A stretch of DNA of 64,000 bases, taken from assembly GCA_951406725.2 (NCBI GenBank), contig OX597819.1:70246001-70310000 (forward strand). The letters run 5' to 3'. Each line of letters starts with the position of its first letter. Positions within the stretch are counted from its first letter, which is position 1. Positions 10,889-24,794 of the stretch are shown here, piece by piece. The DNA is from Octopus vulgaris. Taxonomy: Eukaryota. The position numbers and the translations under genes are program-made. The notes under the pieces were generated by a model. It was not told where the DNA came from and searched no databases. It was given only the letters and a program-made list of their open reading frames with translations.

Positions 10889-11980
10889 TTGCAATGTTGT
10901 TATGAGTCCAAATATGCTTGATGTAGGTTCAAACTGGGGAACAAGCTACTCACTGCGTTTTGTTATAGAGAATACTAGCAGTATCGCCCGGCGTTGCTCG
11001 GGTTTGTAAGGGAAATAATTATATAAGCATTTTTAGAGATGTAAAGTATAATAGCCATCTCAATATGGCCAACCCATACCAGCACGGAACATAAATTTTT
11101 AGAGAGTTACTTCCCTTATATATGCCAAAAATGCATTAAAAATGGGAAAAATTTATGGTAAATTTTTTTTTAAATCGTAGACTCATCGTAGACGCGCGCT
11201 AATACCCAGAAGGGCTCGATATGAATCACAACTATAAGATACCCGGTTTTGGTTAAACTGCACCGCAAAATGTGGGAGTAGTTAGGAATCTAAATCGTAG
11301 GAGACAGACAGCACACAACCTCACTTTTATATATAAAGATATCTTGCTTTTTGACAAATAGTGTGTACACACATAGATCAGCTTGCAGCGCCACCTACAT
11401 AGACCATGAGATGTTGACATTTCGGAGTAGTTATCTCCTCTTCGGTCACAGACACTAATCAGACGACACTATGAGCTGGATTAAGAGATTACCTCCCTTA
11501 GTTGATCTCGGTGTATACATACCATTTGTCAAAAAGCAAGATATATTCTCTGTGACAAAACACAGTAAATAGCTCGTTCCCCAGTTTGAACCTGCATCAT
11601 GCATATTCGTACTCATAATAACATTACAATGTCCCTTATCACTGCTTAGCGCTTCCTATGGTAAGCCATCGTATAGTGCTGCCAGTCACCATACGGTGAC
11701 TGGAAGAGAATAAGAGAGATAATCTCTTAATCCAGCTTGTAGGGTCATTTGCTTAGTGTCTATAACCAAAGAGGAGATAACTACTCCAAAATGCTAGCAT
11801 CTCACAGTCTAGGTAGATGGTGCTGCAAGCTGATCTATGTGTGTGCACACCATTTGTCAAAAAGCAAGATATATCCTCCATGACAAAACGCAGTGAGTAG
11901 CTTGTTCCCCAGTTTGAACCTGCATCAAGTATATTCAGACTCATAATAACATTACATTTTCCCTTATCACTGCTTAGTGC
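10889..11980. repeat. Foldback element with ~245-bp arms and an internal partial third copy
   Basis: 10889-10974 plus 11340-11500 is the reverse complement of 11711-11957. 11503-11652 directly repeats 11832-11980. Central hairpin ccagtcacc-atac-ggtgactgg at 11682-11703. Confidence 0.85.
10975..11339 (-). mobile_element. Non-autonomous Helitron (365 bp)
   Basis: Minus strand begins TC (tctttatatataaaa) and ends hairpin cccgagcaacgccggg ... CTAG. It is inserted between A and T with no TSD; the empty site gagaatatatcttgc is seen in a sister arm. Confidence 0.9.
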
Positions 11981-12559
11981 CACCACAACTCCATCATTTT
12001 CAAAATGTTAAGTTGCAATAAGCACCACGAGTTTACCATTTGCTTATTGTTTTTCTACTGAAATACACTGTTTCAGTTTACCTTTAATCTTTTATCGTTC
12101 ACTTGTTTCAGCCATTAGATTGTGGCCATGCTGGGGCACTGCTTCAAAGAATTTTTAGTCGAATGAATCAGCCCCAGAACTCCCCCCCCCCTTTAGCCTG
12201 GTACTTATTTTATTGGTCACTCTCACTGAACTGCTAAGTTACAGGGATGTAAACTCACCAATTAACATCAATACTGATTGTCAAGCAGTGGGGAGGGGGG
12301 GGCAAACACAGATACAAAGACACCCCTTACAGGCACACATTTGTACAATGGGATTCTTTCAGTTTCCATCTATCAAATCCACTCACAAGGCTTTGGTCAG
12401 CCTGGGGTTAGAGTAGAAGACACTTGCTCAAGAAATTTCTTTTGTTGTTGCTGTTATAAGTTGTTGTTGTTGTCCCAAACAAGGCTTGGGGGCCACTGTA
12501 GTATAAAGGACTACAAAGAAGGAAAAGCAGGGGCCTAGAATGTAATTTTTAAAAAAAAG

Positions 12560-13080
12560 GTGCAGGCATGGCTGTGTGGTAAGTAGCTTGCTTCCCAACC
12601 ACACAGTTCCAGGTTCAGTCCCACTGCATGGCACCTCGGGCAAGTGTCTTCTACTATAGCCTTGGGCCAACCAAAGCTTTGTGAGTAGATTTGGTAAACG
12701 GAAATTGAAAGAAGCCTGTCATATATATATATATACACACACATATATATATACATATATATATGTGTGTGTTTGTCCTCCCATTATCACTGGACAACCA
12801 ATGCTGGTGTGTTTATGTGCCCATAACTTAGCGGTTCACCAAAAGAGACTGATTGAATAAGTACTAGGCTTACAAAGAATAAGTCCTGGGGTCAATTTGT
12901 TCAACTAAAGGTGTTACTCCAGCAGGAGTGGCTGTGTGGTAAGTAGCTTGCTTACCAACTACATTGTTCCGGGTTCAGTCCCTTTGCATGGCACCTTGGG
13001 CAAGTGTCTTCTACTATAGCCTTGGGCCAACCAAAGCCTTATGACTGGATTTGGTAGACAGAAACTGAAAGAAGTCCATC

Positions 13081-13140
<60 letters not shown>

Positions 13141-13370
13141 ATGTGTGTATATGTTTATATGTCTGTGTTTGTCCCCACCACCATCACTTGACAACTGATG
13201 TTGGTGTGTTTACATCTCCATAACTTAGCGGTCCGGCAAAAGAATACTAAAACGATAGAATAAGTGCTACGCTTACAAAGAATAAGTCCTGTGGTCAATT
13301 TGTTCAACTAAAGGCAGTATTCCAGCATGGCCACAGTCAAATGACTGAAACAAGTAAAAGAATAAAAGAA
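12560..13370 (+). mobile_element. Two head-to-tail SINE family A copies
   Basis: First copy is cut at ctccagc and directly followed by a new head aggagtggctgtgtgg at 12924. Confidence 0.85.
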
Positions 13371-15704
13371 TCGTGTTGCTTTGTATAAATAGCATTGAAA
13401 GAATGTAGCAAGTCTGGCGTGTCAGGAACATTGGATAAATAAATTTAATGAAATATTGCTCAATGTTCCAGTTGTTCCTCAATGTATTTGTTTATTATTT
13501 CTGTCAATAAATCAATAAAAAAAAAACAGATTCTCCTCTCTTGTCTCTTTCTCTGTTTCTCTCTCTCTCTCTCTTCTTTTTCGCCTCTGTCTATCATCTT
13601 TTTCAAACAAGGTGCCTCTCATTCTACATCATCTTCATTAACAGCCACACCCACACACACACATCACCACCACCACCACCACAGCAGTTTCTCATAAAAT
13701 ACACAGAAATTTCACACCCAACTAATTTTAGAAGACATGTATGCTTTTATATGTAGGTGTATGTGTGTATGTATGTATGTATGTATGTATATGTGTGTTG
13801 GTGAATTGTGTATGCATATATGTATTTATATATAAATATATATACATGTGTATGTGAACAATCATCATCATCGGTTAAGGTTCATGTTCCGTGCTGGTAT
13901 GGGTTGGATGGTTTGACAGGATCCAATAGCTCCAAGAACTGCATTGTGCTCCATTATCTGTTTAGGCATGGGTTCCTACGAGCTGATGCCCTTCCTAACA
14001 CCAACCACTCTGCAGTATGCACAGGGTGCATTTTTATTCTTAGCACCAGCACTAGCGAGGTTGCCATGTAGTTTGCAAAACTAAGAAACCTTTATGCCTG
14101 AGTGGTGCTACTGTAGAAATGCAAGTGGCTCTATACAAGGAGATGAGTGACTGAGATATGAGAAAAGGGGTCAGAACAGGTTTCTTGCTGTAAAAGAGCT
14201 ACATGGCTTCATGCATTATAGAGGAAAGAGTAGGAGAGGGACCAGGGTAAAGTTGGATTAGAGATAAAAATAGGGTGGCGATGAGGTGTCTGGGTGGACG
14301 CTAAAGATACAAGATGTGTAGATATGAGTGGGGATAAGAGAACAGGAGTGGGATAGAGGTTGGAAAAGTAGAAAAGGAAAGTGACCCATGGCAGTGTTTG
14401 GCTTTCATTCCTCAAGGTTTAACAAAAATTAGTCAACGATAAACCAAAAAGAAGGATCAATGAACATAATTCTGCAGAGTCACTCAACCTGCAAAAAGCA
14501 TTTGGTAAATTTCCCCTCAAATCACACTGTAGTATCTTAAAAAAAGACAGGACATTTTGAATAATGGAGTTCTATATGATATTGTGTCTCTGAAATAGCT
14601 AGTAACAGATTAACGGTTGAAATGCCTTTGATCATATATATATATATATATATATACATATATATAAATACACACACACACACATATATATATAGAGAGA
14701 GAGAGAGACACTGACATATTGATAGATAGATGTCTATGTAAATTTGATGGTAGTTTCTCATCATCGTCATCATGATCATTGTTTAACGTCCACTTTCCAT
14801 GCTGGCATGGGTTGGATGGTTTGGTTTGACTGAGGGCTGGCAATCCAGGAGTCTGCACCAGGCTCCAGTCTGATTTGGCAAGGTTTCTACAGCTGGATGC
14901 CCTTCCTAATGCCAACCACCTCATAGACAGTAAAAGATGGTTCTGCAATTTCCTGCTGAAAAGCCTGCACAAATGACTTGTATATTGTGATGATCAAATG
15001 TTTGAGCTATTCACCATCACAAATGTAAAGCAAGATGAAATACCGGCAAGCATTTTGCCCCAAGCATTAACAATTCTGCCAGCTCACCACCTCAATGAAA
15101 ATAATGATGATAATGATGATGATGAAATATATCAATTTCACAATTAGCACCAGTCTGTGGTTAAACATAAAGATGGGACCAAATAGTAAAAGAAAATTAA
15201 AAAAAACACACAGATAAGACCAGATAAAAACAACACATAAAACAAGAATCTGATATTTGTTGGGAATTTAACTTGGTAGTTGCAGGACAGGTTACATGGT
15301 CTAACATTCAGTAAAGCAAATATTCGTACATTCATTACACGTTAATTAATTAATTGATAGCTGAAAATATCTTCTTTTTTTAATACAAAACATGTTTTTA
15401 TGCTTATTGCACTAAAGAGACATTGAATAGAAATATAGACAGTTGTGTGAGTGCAGGTGTGACTGTGTGGTTAAGAAGCTTGCCTCCCAGTCACATGGTT
15501 TGGGGTTCAGTCTTACTGTGCAGCACCTTGGGTAAAGTGTCTTCTACTATAGCCCAGAGCTACCCAATACCTTGTGAGTGGATTTGGCAGATGGAAACTA
15601 AAAGAAGCTAGTCATGCATTAAATGACAACGAGGATGGTGGTGGTGGTGGTGGTGGTGGTAATGATAATGATGATGACAACAGTGATGAGGATGACGACG
15701 ATAG

Positions 15705-15736
<32 letters not shown>

Positions 15737-15822
15737 GTGATGGTGGTGGTAATGATGATGACGACGATGACGCTGATGGTGATGATGATAATGGTGGTGA
15801 TGATGGTGACAATGATGATGAT

Positions 15823-16050
15823 AGCGAGCTGGCAGAAACGTTAGCACGCTGGGCAAAATGCTTAGCAGTATTTCGTCTGCCGCTATGTTCTGAGTTCAAA
15901 TTCCGCCGAGGTCCACTTTGCCTTTCATTCTTTTGGAGTCGATAAATTAAGTACCAGTTATGCACTAGGGTCGATGTACTCAACTTAATCCCTTTGTCTG
16001 TCCTTGTTTGTCCTCTCTATGTTTAGCCCCTTGTGGGCAATAAAGAAATA
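15823..16050 (+). mobile_element. SINE family B (tRNA-like head with Meta/Sauria-like central domain)
   Basis: gcgagctggcagaaacgttag...gagttcaaattcc, then gcctttcattcttttggagtcgataaattaagtaccag. The domain name is tentative. Confidence 0.75.
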
Positions 16051-17084
16051 GATGATAGTGATGATGATGGTGGTGCTGGTAATGATGATGGGGATGATGA
16101 TGATGATGATGATAACGATGGTGATAATGATGGTGATACAGGCACAGGCTTGGCTGTGCAGTAAAGCGGTTTACGTCTCTACCACATGGTTCCAGTTTCA
16201 ATCCCACAGTCTAACACCTTGGGCAAGTGTCTTCTGCTACAGCCCTAGGCTAACCAAAACCTTGTGGGTGAATTTGGTAAACTGAATCTGTGTTGAAGCC
16301 TGCCATCTATAAGTGTGTAAGTGAGTGTGCATGTGTGTATGTAAGTCTGTGTCTTTGTATGTGTGTTTGTCCCACCACCCAATCACCACCATCACCGCCA
16401 CCACACTTGACAACTGCTGTTGGTTCGTCTATGTCCTTATAACATAGTGGTTCAGCAAAAGTGACTGATAAAATAAATACCAGACTTATAAAAAAAAAAT
16501 AATAAAACAAGTACTAGCATCAATTTATTTAATCAAGCCCTTGAAGGTGGTGCTCCAGCATGGCCAGAAACCAACAACTGAAACAAGTAAAGAAAAGATC
16601 TAGAAGTACAGTGTCCTTTCTCAATCTTTAAAGATAATAAGATATGAGCTGAGGGGAGATTTTATTGCTATTTCTAGCTGGTTGAGTTACCATGTACAAG
16701 CTCCGTTTTTGGTATTTCACTGCTTGTTATTCTGTGCCAAGATACAAAACAGTCTCAACCATTTTTCTATGGATGTCTGCATGAGTGTATGTATGTCCAT
16801 ATTGCAGAAAGGACTCTTTCCAATCTTCTCCAGTGGTGGAATGATTAAAGAAGATTTATGGAAGATGGAGCTCCTTGTCACACAGCTAAAGTGACCTACA
16901 ATGGAATAGCCTTCTGATCTGGGGGAATGTTGGCCTGTCCTCCCCCCCCCCAAACCAGTGGGGGTGGCACCATTCAAGAGCTAAAATGATGTAAAGTGCA
17001 TTGTGACCAGCAATGAATAACAAGTACCAATAGTCTGGTAACTCATGTGATCACATGATATATACACACATATATATATATAAA

Positions 17085-18720
17085 CACAGAAATTCGTCCT
17101 GTTGAACAATCATTTCTTGTTCGATACTACTTACTATCGACAGAAATGTGGAATTGCAATGGGGACCAGAGCTGCTCCAGTGATTGCAAACCTCGTAATG
17201 GGTTACCACAAACTTAAGTTACACCAATCATCACTAGAAAAATATGGCACCTCTTTCAATTGCTACTTAAAGGAGAACTGGAAGAGATATTTAGATGATT
17301 GCTTCATACTTTCGCAAGATAGCATGGATCAACTCCTTGATTTCAAAAGAATGCTCAACAACATACACAGCAATATACAATTCACTATGGAACACAACAG
17401 TAAGCAACTACCTTTTCTAGACATCTTAATTAGAATAGTTAACAACCACATAGAAACAGACATTTTTTATAAACCCACAGACTCTAAACAATAGCTATTA
17501 TTTAACTCCTGCCACCCCAAACACATAAAAATCAACATACCCTTAACCTATCAAAAAGAATCTGCACCATAGTTTCCGATACATACACTCATGAACATAG
17601 ACTCCTTGAACTTAGATCTACACTAATTAAAAGACACTACCCAATCTCATTAGTAAATGGAAGCATCAAAAGAGCTAAGGGAATAGATATACAAAGATTA
17701 AGGAAAACTAGCCGAAATACTAAACAAGACTTAAAAATACTCCCGTACATCTCCACACATAACCCCAAAAACAACGAAGCCTTCAACATCATCACCCAAA
17801 ACCTTCCCATCCTCACAGCAGACAAAACAATGAACGAAATTTTAAGCTCATATAAAATTATTAAAAGCAAAAAGCAACCGAAGTCACTGAAAAGAATATT
17901 AACCAGCGCTAGACTTTACCCATTAACTACTAAGCCAAAAGTAACAAAATGGGGACGTTCTAACTGTGGAACATGCCCCCACCTTCTGGAGGTTCAGAAT
18001 TCCAATTCAAAGAAGGAGAAATATTTAAGATCAAATCAAATTTCACCTGCGCCTCAGCAAATGTAATCTATGTCATGACATGCATAGGATGTGGTAAACT
18101 CTATATTGGACAAACAGGAATTTTGCTCCGTCAAAGAATCACCATTCACAAAGAGCAAATCCGTCACCCTCAATACAGATAGTTAAAGGTGAGTGAACAC
18201 ATAGAAAGATGTGCCAGGAATCTTAATCCCAATTTCCAAATATTTCCCTTTTACAAATGCTCACATAACATCACAATGCAACAAAGGTTGAATAAAGAGG
18301 CATTTTTCATCAACAAATTTCTCCCCCAACTAAATATGAACACACAACTCAATACAGAACACCTAACTCTTCAATTTAAACCACTAAACCCTATACACTA
18401 CCTACATCACTCACATCTCTAATTCCAGAACTACTTACCTCCCTTACAAATAATCTTTTTTCTCAGGAACTATTAGACCTGACACTGTATATTAACCGGT
18501 GTTGTTCAAACGATGAATAGCCTTTGCGTAAACCAATTGGTTCGTTTTGTTCTTTTACTTTATTATTATTATCATCTTATAATCATCTCATAATAATGAC
18601 CTTTATGACTCGTATTACTACCTCAGTCAATCTAAATGTATATATTTGTCACTACCTGTCATAAATAGCCTTTTTCTATCTGCAATATGCATTTTCGTTG
18701 ATTTTTCATATTTTACCCCT
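17085..18720 (+). mobile_element. Penelope-like element (PLE), 5'-truncated, with RT, GIY-YIG endonuclease and 3' pLTR remnant
   Basis: YRQKCGIAMGTRAAPVIANLVM, WKRYLDDCFI, LPFLDI, FYKPTD, FNSCHP and NFTCASANVIYVMTCIGCGKLYIGQTG, with several stops and frameshifts. Confidence 0.92.
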
Positions 18721-18722
18721 AT

Positions 18723-18781
<59 letters not shown>

Positions 18782-18802
18782 TGTAAGTTCAGAAAGATAT
18801 AT

Positions 18803-19262
18803 TTATTTCTTTATTGCCCTCAGGGGGCTAAACATAGAGAGGACAAATAAGGACAGACAAAGGGATTAGGTCAATTACATCGATCCCACTGCATAAACTG
18901 GTACTTATTTAATTGACCCTGAAAGGATGAAAAGTAACGTCAACCTTGGTGGAATTTGAACTCAGAATGTAACGGCAGATGTAATACCACTAAACATTTC
19001 ACCCAGCGTGCTAACAATTCTGCCAGCTTGCCACCCTTAACAATATTCTTTTCTACTCTAGGCACAAGGCCCGAAATTTTGGGGAGAAGGCCAGTCGATT
19101 AGATCGACCCCAGTACACAACTGGTATTTACTTTATCGACCCCGCAAAGATGAAAGGCAAAGTCGACCTCGGTGGAATTTGAACTCAGAACGTAACGGCA
19201 GACAAAATACCACTAAGCATTTCACCCGGTGTGCTAACGATTCTGCCAGCTCACCACCCTTA
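18803..19262 (-). mobile_element. Tandem pair of SINE family B with two different tails
   Basis: Two copies of the core gtcgacctcggtggaatttgaactcagaa...ctgccagctc. Confidence 0.8.
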
Positions 19263-19761
19263 GAAGGATATATTATCCCGACAGATACCATGGTAGCTCT
19301 CAGTTATGCTCCAGGTTATGGCTAACCATATCGATTAGTATTTAACATCTATGACTACTATGGGTTGTCACTCACACTGTAAACTCCTCCAGTGTGTAAT
19401 TCCATTTTCATTTCACTGGATGGTAATATTATCTGAAATGTATTATAATGGTAAAGAATATGGAAACTGGTACATCTGCAAAATTTATTTCCATAAATTT
19501 TACAATTCCATACAGCGTGTTTTTATGGTTATGACGACCTACACATGTTTTGACTACAATGTATGGACAGTTGCGTATACAACCAGGTATAATTTTCTGT
19601 GCAGCTTCATTCATGGTCTTTCAACGTGAACTATGGAGTCACAAGCATAAAATATGCAAGTTGAGAAATAAAAGGAAATAAATTTCGAGGAAGTACCAAT
19701 CTTCATATTCTCTATTCTTGTACCTATTGCTTGTGTGTGTGTATGTGTGAGTGTGTAGGTG

Positions 19762-19792
<31 letters not shown>

Positions 19793-20830
19793 ATCACCAT
19801 CATTTAATGTCCACTTTTCCTTGCTTGTATGAATTGGATGAAGTATATTTGAGGCAGGTTTTCTATGGCAGGATGCTCTTCCTGTCACTAACAGCAATAA
19901 ACACGGTTCCAAATTTTGCAAACAAGGCTAACAGTTTTTAGGAGGAGGAGTTAGTTGATTCCATCAACCCCATTGCTCAACTGTCTCAGTGGCATTTCAG
20001 CCCAGAACACAAGTCAGATGTTTTGCAAACAACTTTCACATGGAAGTGCTACCAGTTGAGAACTCAGCATACCAGAAGCCAGCAAGTGTATGGGGGTCAT
20101 CAGGAGAGAATGCACACTGTTTCGGGCCCTACCTCTCAAAGGCATCACTGCCCCCCCCCCCCTCACTGATATGAGGTCCTGCTTGCTAGATCAACTGGTT
20201 ATTATATAAAGCTCAATATTCTTCTAGCCATTGCTCATCATCTCTTTTTAACCAGATCCAGTGGCTAGCCTTCTCCACTGTAGTTTGGATATTGGTCGTG
20301 GTGGTATTTACTTTACGATGAGTTAGGCCTAACGATAACAACAGTCATCTCACACTGTGTCCAACAAACCCTCTACACTCAACTTCAATTGGAAAATGCT
20401 CCACTTTCCAGCCTGCGTTTTCACATTCCTTGAGGAAGTTTACATAACTCACTCACACACATCGGCACACATACACTCACACATACACACTCACACACAT
20501 GCCACTAAGGATTTTGTTCAATCTGTTAATGATTCTGCTAGTTGCTGCAACAAATGGCCATTTACAATGACAAATTAGAAAAACCTGTCTATGTTTCACT
20601 CACAGAACTGATAAATGAGAAAACTGACATAAAGAACAGACAAAGGGAATAGTCCTGGATTAACCTGGCTATGACAACCAAATACCCTCTTCCAGCTGTG
20701 TCTTCTGCCCTTTAGGTGTATACTAGAAGTAGGTTTGTACACCCAGGCCCTTCACGCCATCCTCATCACTCACCTTTGCCACAAATTTGCTGGACCACAT
20801 GACCTTGCCCTCCACCTTCACTATTCTTTA

Positions 20831-21012
20831 CCCTTTAGCATTTAAACCAGCCAAGTTGAAATTGGCCAGATCTGGCCTCTCACCTCAATTCCACAATGTC
20901 ATTCTAAAACTAAATCACATCACCAATACCTCTAAACTACAAGATAATGCATAATTAATTGAAAATAATATAAATAAACGAACATTACATTTGACAGAGC
21001 AATTCTAAAGGC
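20831..21012. mobile_element. piggyBac-type MITE, degenerate
   Basis: ttta-ccctttagcattt ... aattctaaaggc-ttaa termini. Confidence 0.5.
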
Positions 21013-21099
21013 TTAAGTTGAAATTATTGAAGGCTTGGCAAAAGAGGAAAATGTTTGTCTCCAAGCCTTTCAATCTTGTACTAATAATAATAATGGAGG

Positions 21100-21437
21100 A
21101 GATACCCTTTGGTCATGACTGACCATGGGATTGCACCTAAAAAGTTACCCTCTGAGGTACAAGTCTGAGCAAGGTTGTTTGTAGAAAGCCAGCAGTTGCC
21201 CATGCATACCACCCTCCCCTCTCCACACCACAGATGTTATCCAAGGGAAAGGCAAAGGGGCCAATACAGCTTGGCACCTGTGACGTCGCAACTCATTTCT
21301 ACAGCTGAGTGAACTGGAGCAACGTGAAACAAAGTGTCTTGCTCAAGAACACAACACACAGCCCAGTCTGGGAATCGAACTTACAACCTCACAATTGTAA
21401 GCTCGACACTCTAACCACTGAGATACGCGCCTTCACA
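21100..21437 (-). mobile_element. tRNA-derived SINE with family C head and a different tail
   Basis: Head gtgaaggcgcgtatctcagtggttagag...gttcgattccc and core ttcttgagcaagacact; the tail ends ...ggtcagtcatgaccaaaggg. Confidence 0.75.
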
Positions 21438-21608
21438 TGAATAACAACAACAACAACAGCAATAACAACAATAATCCTTTCTACTATAGGCACAAGGCTT
21501 GAAATTTTGGGGGAAGTAAGATTGTTGATTACATTGACCACTTTAATAATAATAATCATAATAATAATAACAACAACAGCAATAATAATAATTGTAATAA
21601 TAATAATA

Positions 21609-22330
21609 TCTCCAAGTGCAGTCTTCTTGTGCCTACAGAGTACCTTAACAGGCATGATAGAGCTGCACAATATATTCACTGGGTAATTTGCAAAAACCTG
21701 GACTTGCCCCATGATAAAAAGTGGTGGGAACACAAACCACCTCCAGTGCTTGAAAATGATCACATCTCACTCCTCTGGAATTTCACCATTCAAACTGACA
21801 GAAAGATAGATGTGAACAGGCCAGACATTATATTGAAAGACTTCAGACAAAAATCATGCCTCCTCATTGATATGACTGTCCCAATCGATATAAATGTATC
21901 AGTCAAAACCTACCAAAAACTGAGCAAGTATAAAGATCTTGAAATAGAAATGAGCAAAATGTGGAACCTCAAGACCAAAATAATACCTGTTGTCATAGGT
22001 GCCCCAGGAATTATAGCAAAAGAGGATGATTGCTACTACCTAGCTCAGATATCAGGAAACCCCCCAAAATGGTAGAAATTTAAAAGATAGTGCTCATGGG
22101 AACTGCCCATATCCTACATAAAATACTGTCTATGTAATCTCAAATTTTAAAACAAATCCATAATTTTCTGATGTTTTCTTAAACATTCTCTAGAACAATA
22201 CTATGTACAAAACCAAATATATGACACCCTAGGCATAACACTAACATGAACTTCTAACTTGTTGTCTCTTGAGGTCTCTGGGTGAGATTTGGAGCCAACT
22301 TGTATAAATACAAACCAAAAGTCAAACATA
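21609..22330 (+). mobile_element. R4/Dong-clade non-LTR retrotransposon 3' fragment (restriction-like endonuclease) in (TAA)n
   Basis: C...YLNRHD, LLWNFTIQTD, NRPDIIL, LLIDMTVP, KLSKYKDL and IPVVIGAPG. (TAA)n tracts flank both sides. Confidence 0.9.
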
Positions 22331-22359
22331 AAATAATAATAATAATAATAATAATAATA

Positions 22360-22810
22360 ATCCTTTCTACTAAAGGCACAATGCCTGAAATTTTGGGGGA
22401 AGAGATTAGTTGATTAGATCAACCCAGTACGCAACTGGTACTTAATTTATCAACCCTGAAAAAATTCAAGGCAAAATTGACCTCAGCAGAATTTGAACTC
22501 AGAACCCAAAGATGGATGAAATGCTGCTTAGAATTTTGCCTCGCATGCAAACAATTCTGCCAGTTTCTTCCCTTAATAATGATAATAATAATCTTTTCTA
22601 CACTAGACACAAGGCACAAAATTTTGGAGGATGGGGGCCAGTCAATTGGATCAACCCCAGTATGCAACTGGTACTTAATTTATTGACCCTGAACAGATGA
22701 AAGGCAAAGTCGACCTTGGCAGAATTTGAACTCGGGATGTAGAGGCAGACGAAATACCACTTAGTATTTTGCCTGGTGTGCTAACATTTCTGCCAGTTTC
22801 TCGCCTTAAT
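22360..22810 (-). mobile_element. Tandem pair of SINE family B
   Basis: Two copies separated by (taa)n spacers. Confidence 0.8.
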
Positions 22811-23472
22811 GATAATAATAATAATAATAGTAAGAAGAAGAAGGGTAGTGCTGATAATGAGGTAGTAGAATACTGTGCTCAGGAACACAAAATAATGATA
22901 GTAGAAGGATTTGAACCTAAGCTTTTGTAGTCAGTAATCCAGCACCTTAACCTCACACCCACAACAAATAAGCAAACAAACAAGCAAACAGAGAAATAAT
23001 AATAATAGTTAATAACAAATAATAATAAATAATTAAAAATAATAATTAATAATAATAATAATAATAATGATATACCTGTGTTCAGAGTTAGTATTTGTTC
23101 ATAATTTTCTTGACAGTTATATGTAATTCCAAAATTCGTTACTTCTGTATGTCTTAGAAAGACGCAGTTAGTTTTATAGGGTTTAATTAATGGTTGATAA
23201 AGTTAATTAAAAGAATTAGCTCATATCAACCGCCTATTCAACGACAACAACATCAACAACAGAGAGCGATTTATAAACACACTTCTTTCCTTTGGCTCCG
23301 AATAGCTGCGCACTGCATGCTGCACGCTGTTGCAGAGCATGTTTTGCTAGGCTTGTCATCTTGTTGTTTAACTACATTGTTCGAGTCAGGTGAAGTCATG
23401 TGCAGTGTACATAGCACTGTATGTGTATGTGTGTGTATGACAGAGCAGTGTGTGTGTGTGTGTGTGTGTGAG

Positions 23473-23520
<48 letters not shown>

Positions 23521-24147
23521 TATGTATATATACATATATATAGATAGAAAGCTAGATAGATAGAATAAAGAGAGAGAGGAAAATATATAAAGAGAGAGAG
23601 AGAGAGGAAAATATATAAAGAGGGAGAGAGAAAATATATAAAGAGAGAGAGAGGAGAAAAGAAAGACAGAGGGAAGAAACTATGAGTTTATGCCTGTGTA
23701 TATGTTATGTATTATATGTACATGTGTGTATATATGTATATGTGATATGTGTGCATGTGTGTATATACAAACATATTGAGTGGGGGAGAGAGAGAAAAGG
23801 AAACAGGGTCTACATATGTTTATGAAAGTGTGTTTATGCATGTGTGTGTGTGTGTAGTTGTGTGTGGGTGCATGTGTGGTTTTGTGTGTGTATGTGTGCA
23901 ACTGTGTGCTTGTGCGGTTGTGTGAGTGTGTATGATTGTGTGGGTCTGTATGTGGCTGTGTGTGCATGCATGTGTAATTAAGGGAGTGGAGAATGAGTTG
24001 GCGGAGTAGAGTGGATAAGGTAGTATTTAGATTTTTTAAGTCGAATACAAATACAGCAAGAGGGTGGGGTCCCCCACATATTTCGCCAAGAAAGGAAAGG
24101 TAGATTTACATAAGCAAGTCTGTGTGAATAAATATATATATATATAC

Positions 24148-24206
<59 letters not shown>

Positions 24207-24794
24207 CACACACACACATTTATATTCATATAGATGCATAATTTCATGCACACACACACAGACACACACACACATATATATCTGACAAGATATTTGACAA
24301 GACTATGAGAGTCAAATTGGCCGTAATATGATATACATAGATATAAACATGTGTGTGTGCATACATATATATATATATACATACATGCATACATACATAT
24401 ATATATCTATTTATGTGTGTGTGTTCTTTTATTCTTTTATCTGTTTCAGTCATTTGACTGTGGCCATGCTGAAGCGACGCCTTCAGTTGAACAAATCAAC
24501 CCCAGGACTTATTCTTTCTAAACCTAGTACTTATTCTATTAGTCACGTTTTGCTGAACTGCTAAGTTACAGGGACATAAACACACCAACATTGGTTGCCA
24601 AGCAATGGTGGGGGGACAAACACAAACATACATATATCTACGATAGGCTTCTTTCAGTTTCCGTCTACCAAATACAGTCATGAGGCTGTATTCTATAGTA
24701 GAAAACATTTGCCCAAGTTGCTACACGCAGTAAGACTGAACCTGGTACCATATGGTTGGTAAGCAAGTTACTTATCACACAGTCACTCCTGCAC

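Noticed and set aside
19351-19629. 92-aa ATG-initiated non-repetitive ORF
   Set aside because: No recognisable motif, and the length is expected by chance.
20313-20350. Hammerhead-like acgatga-gttaggcctaac-gata (also weak motifs at 45783-45812 and 51937-51971)
   Set aside because: Several core changes and no convincing stem I pairing, so they are indistinguishable from chance.
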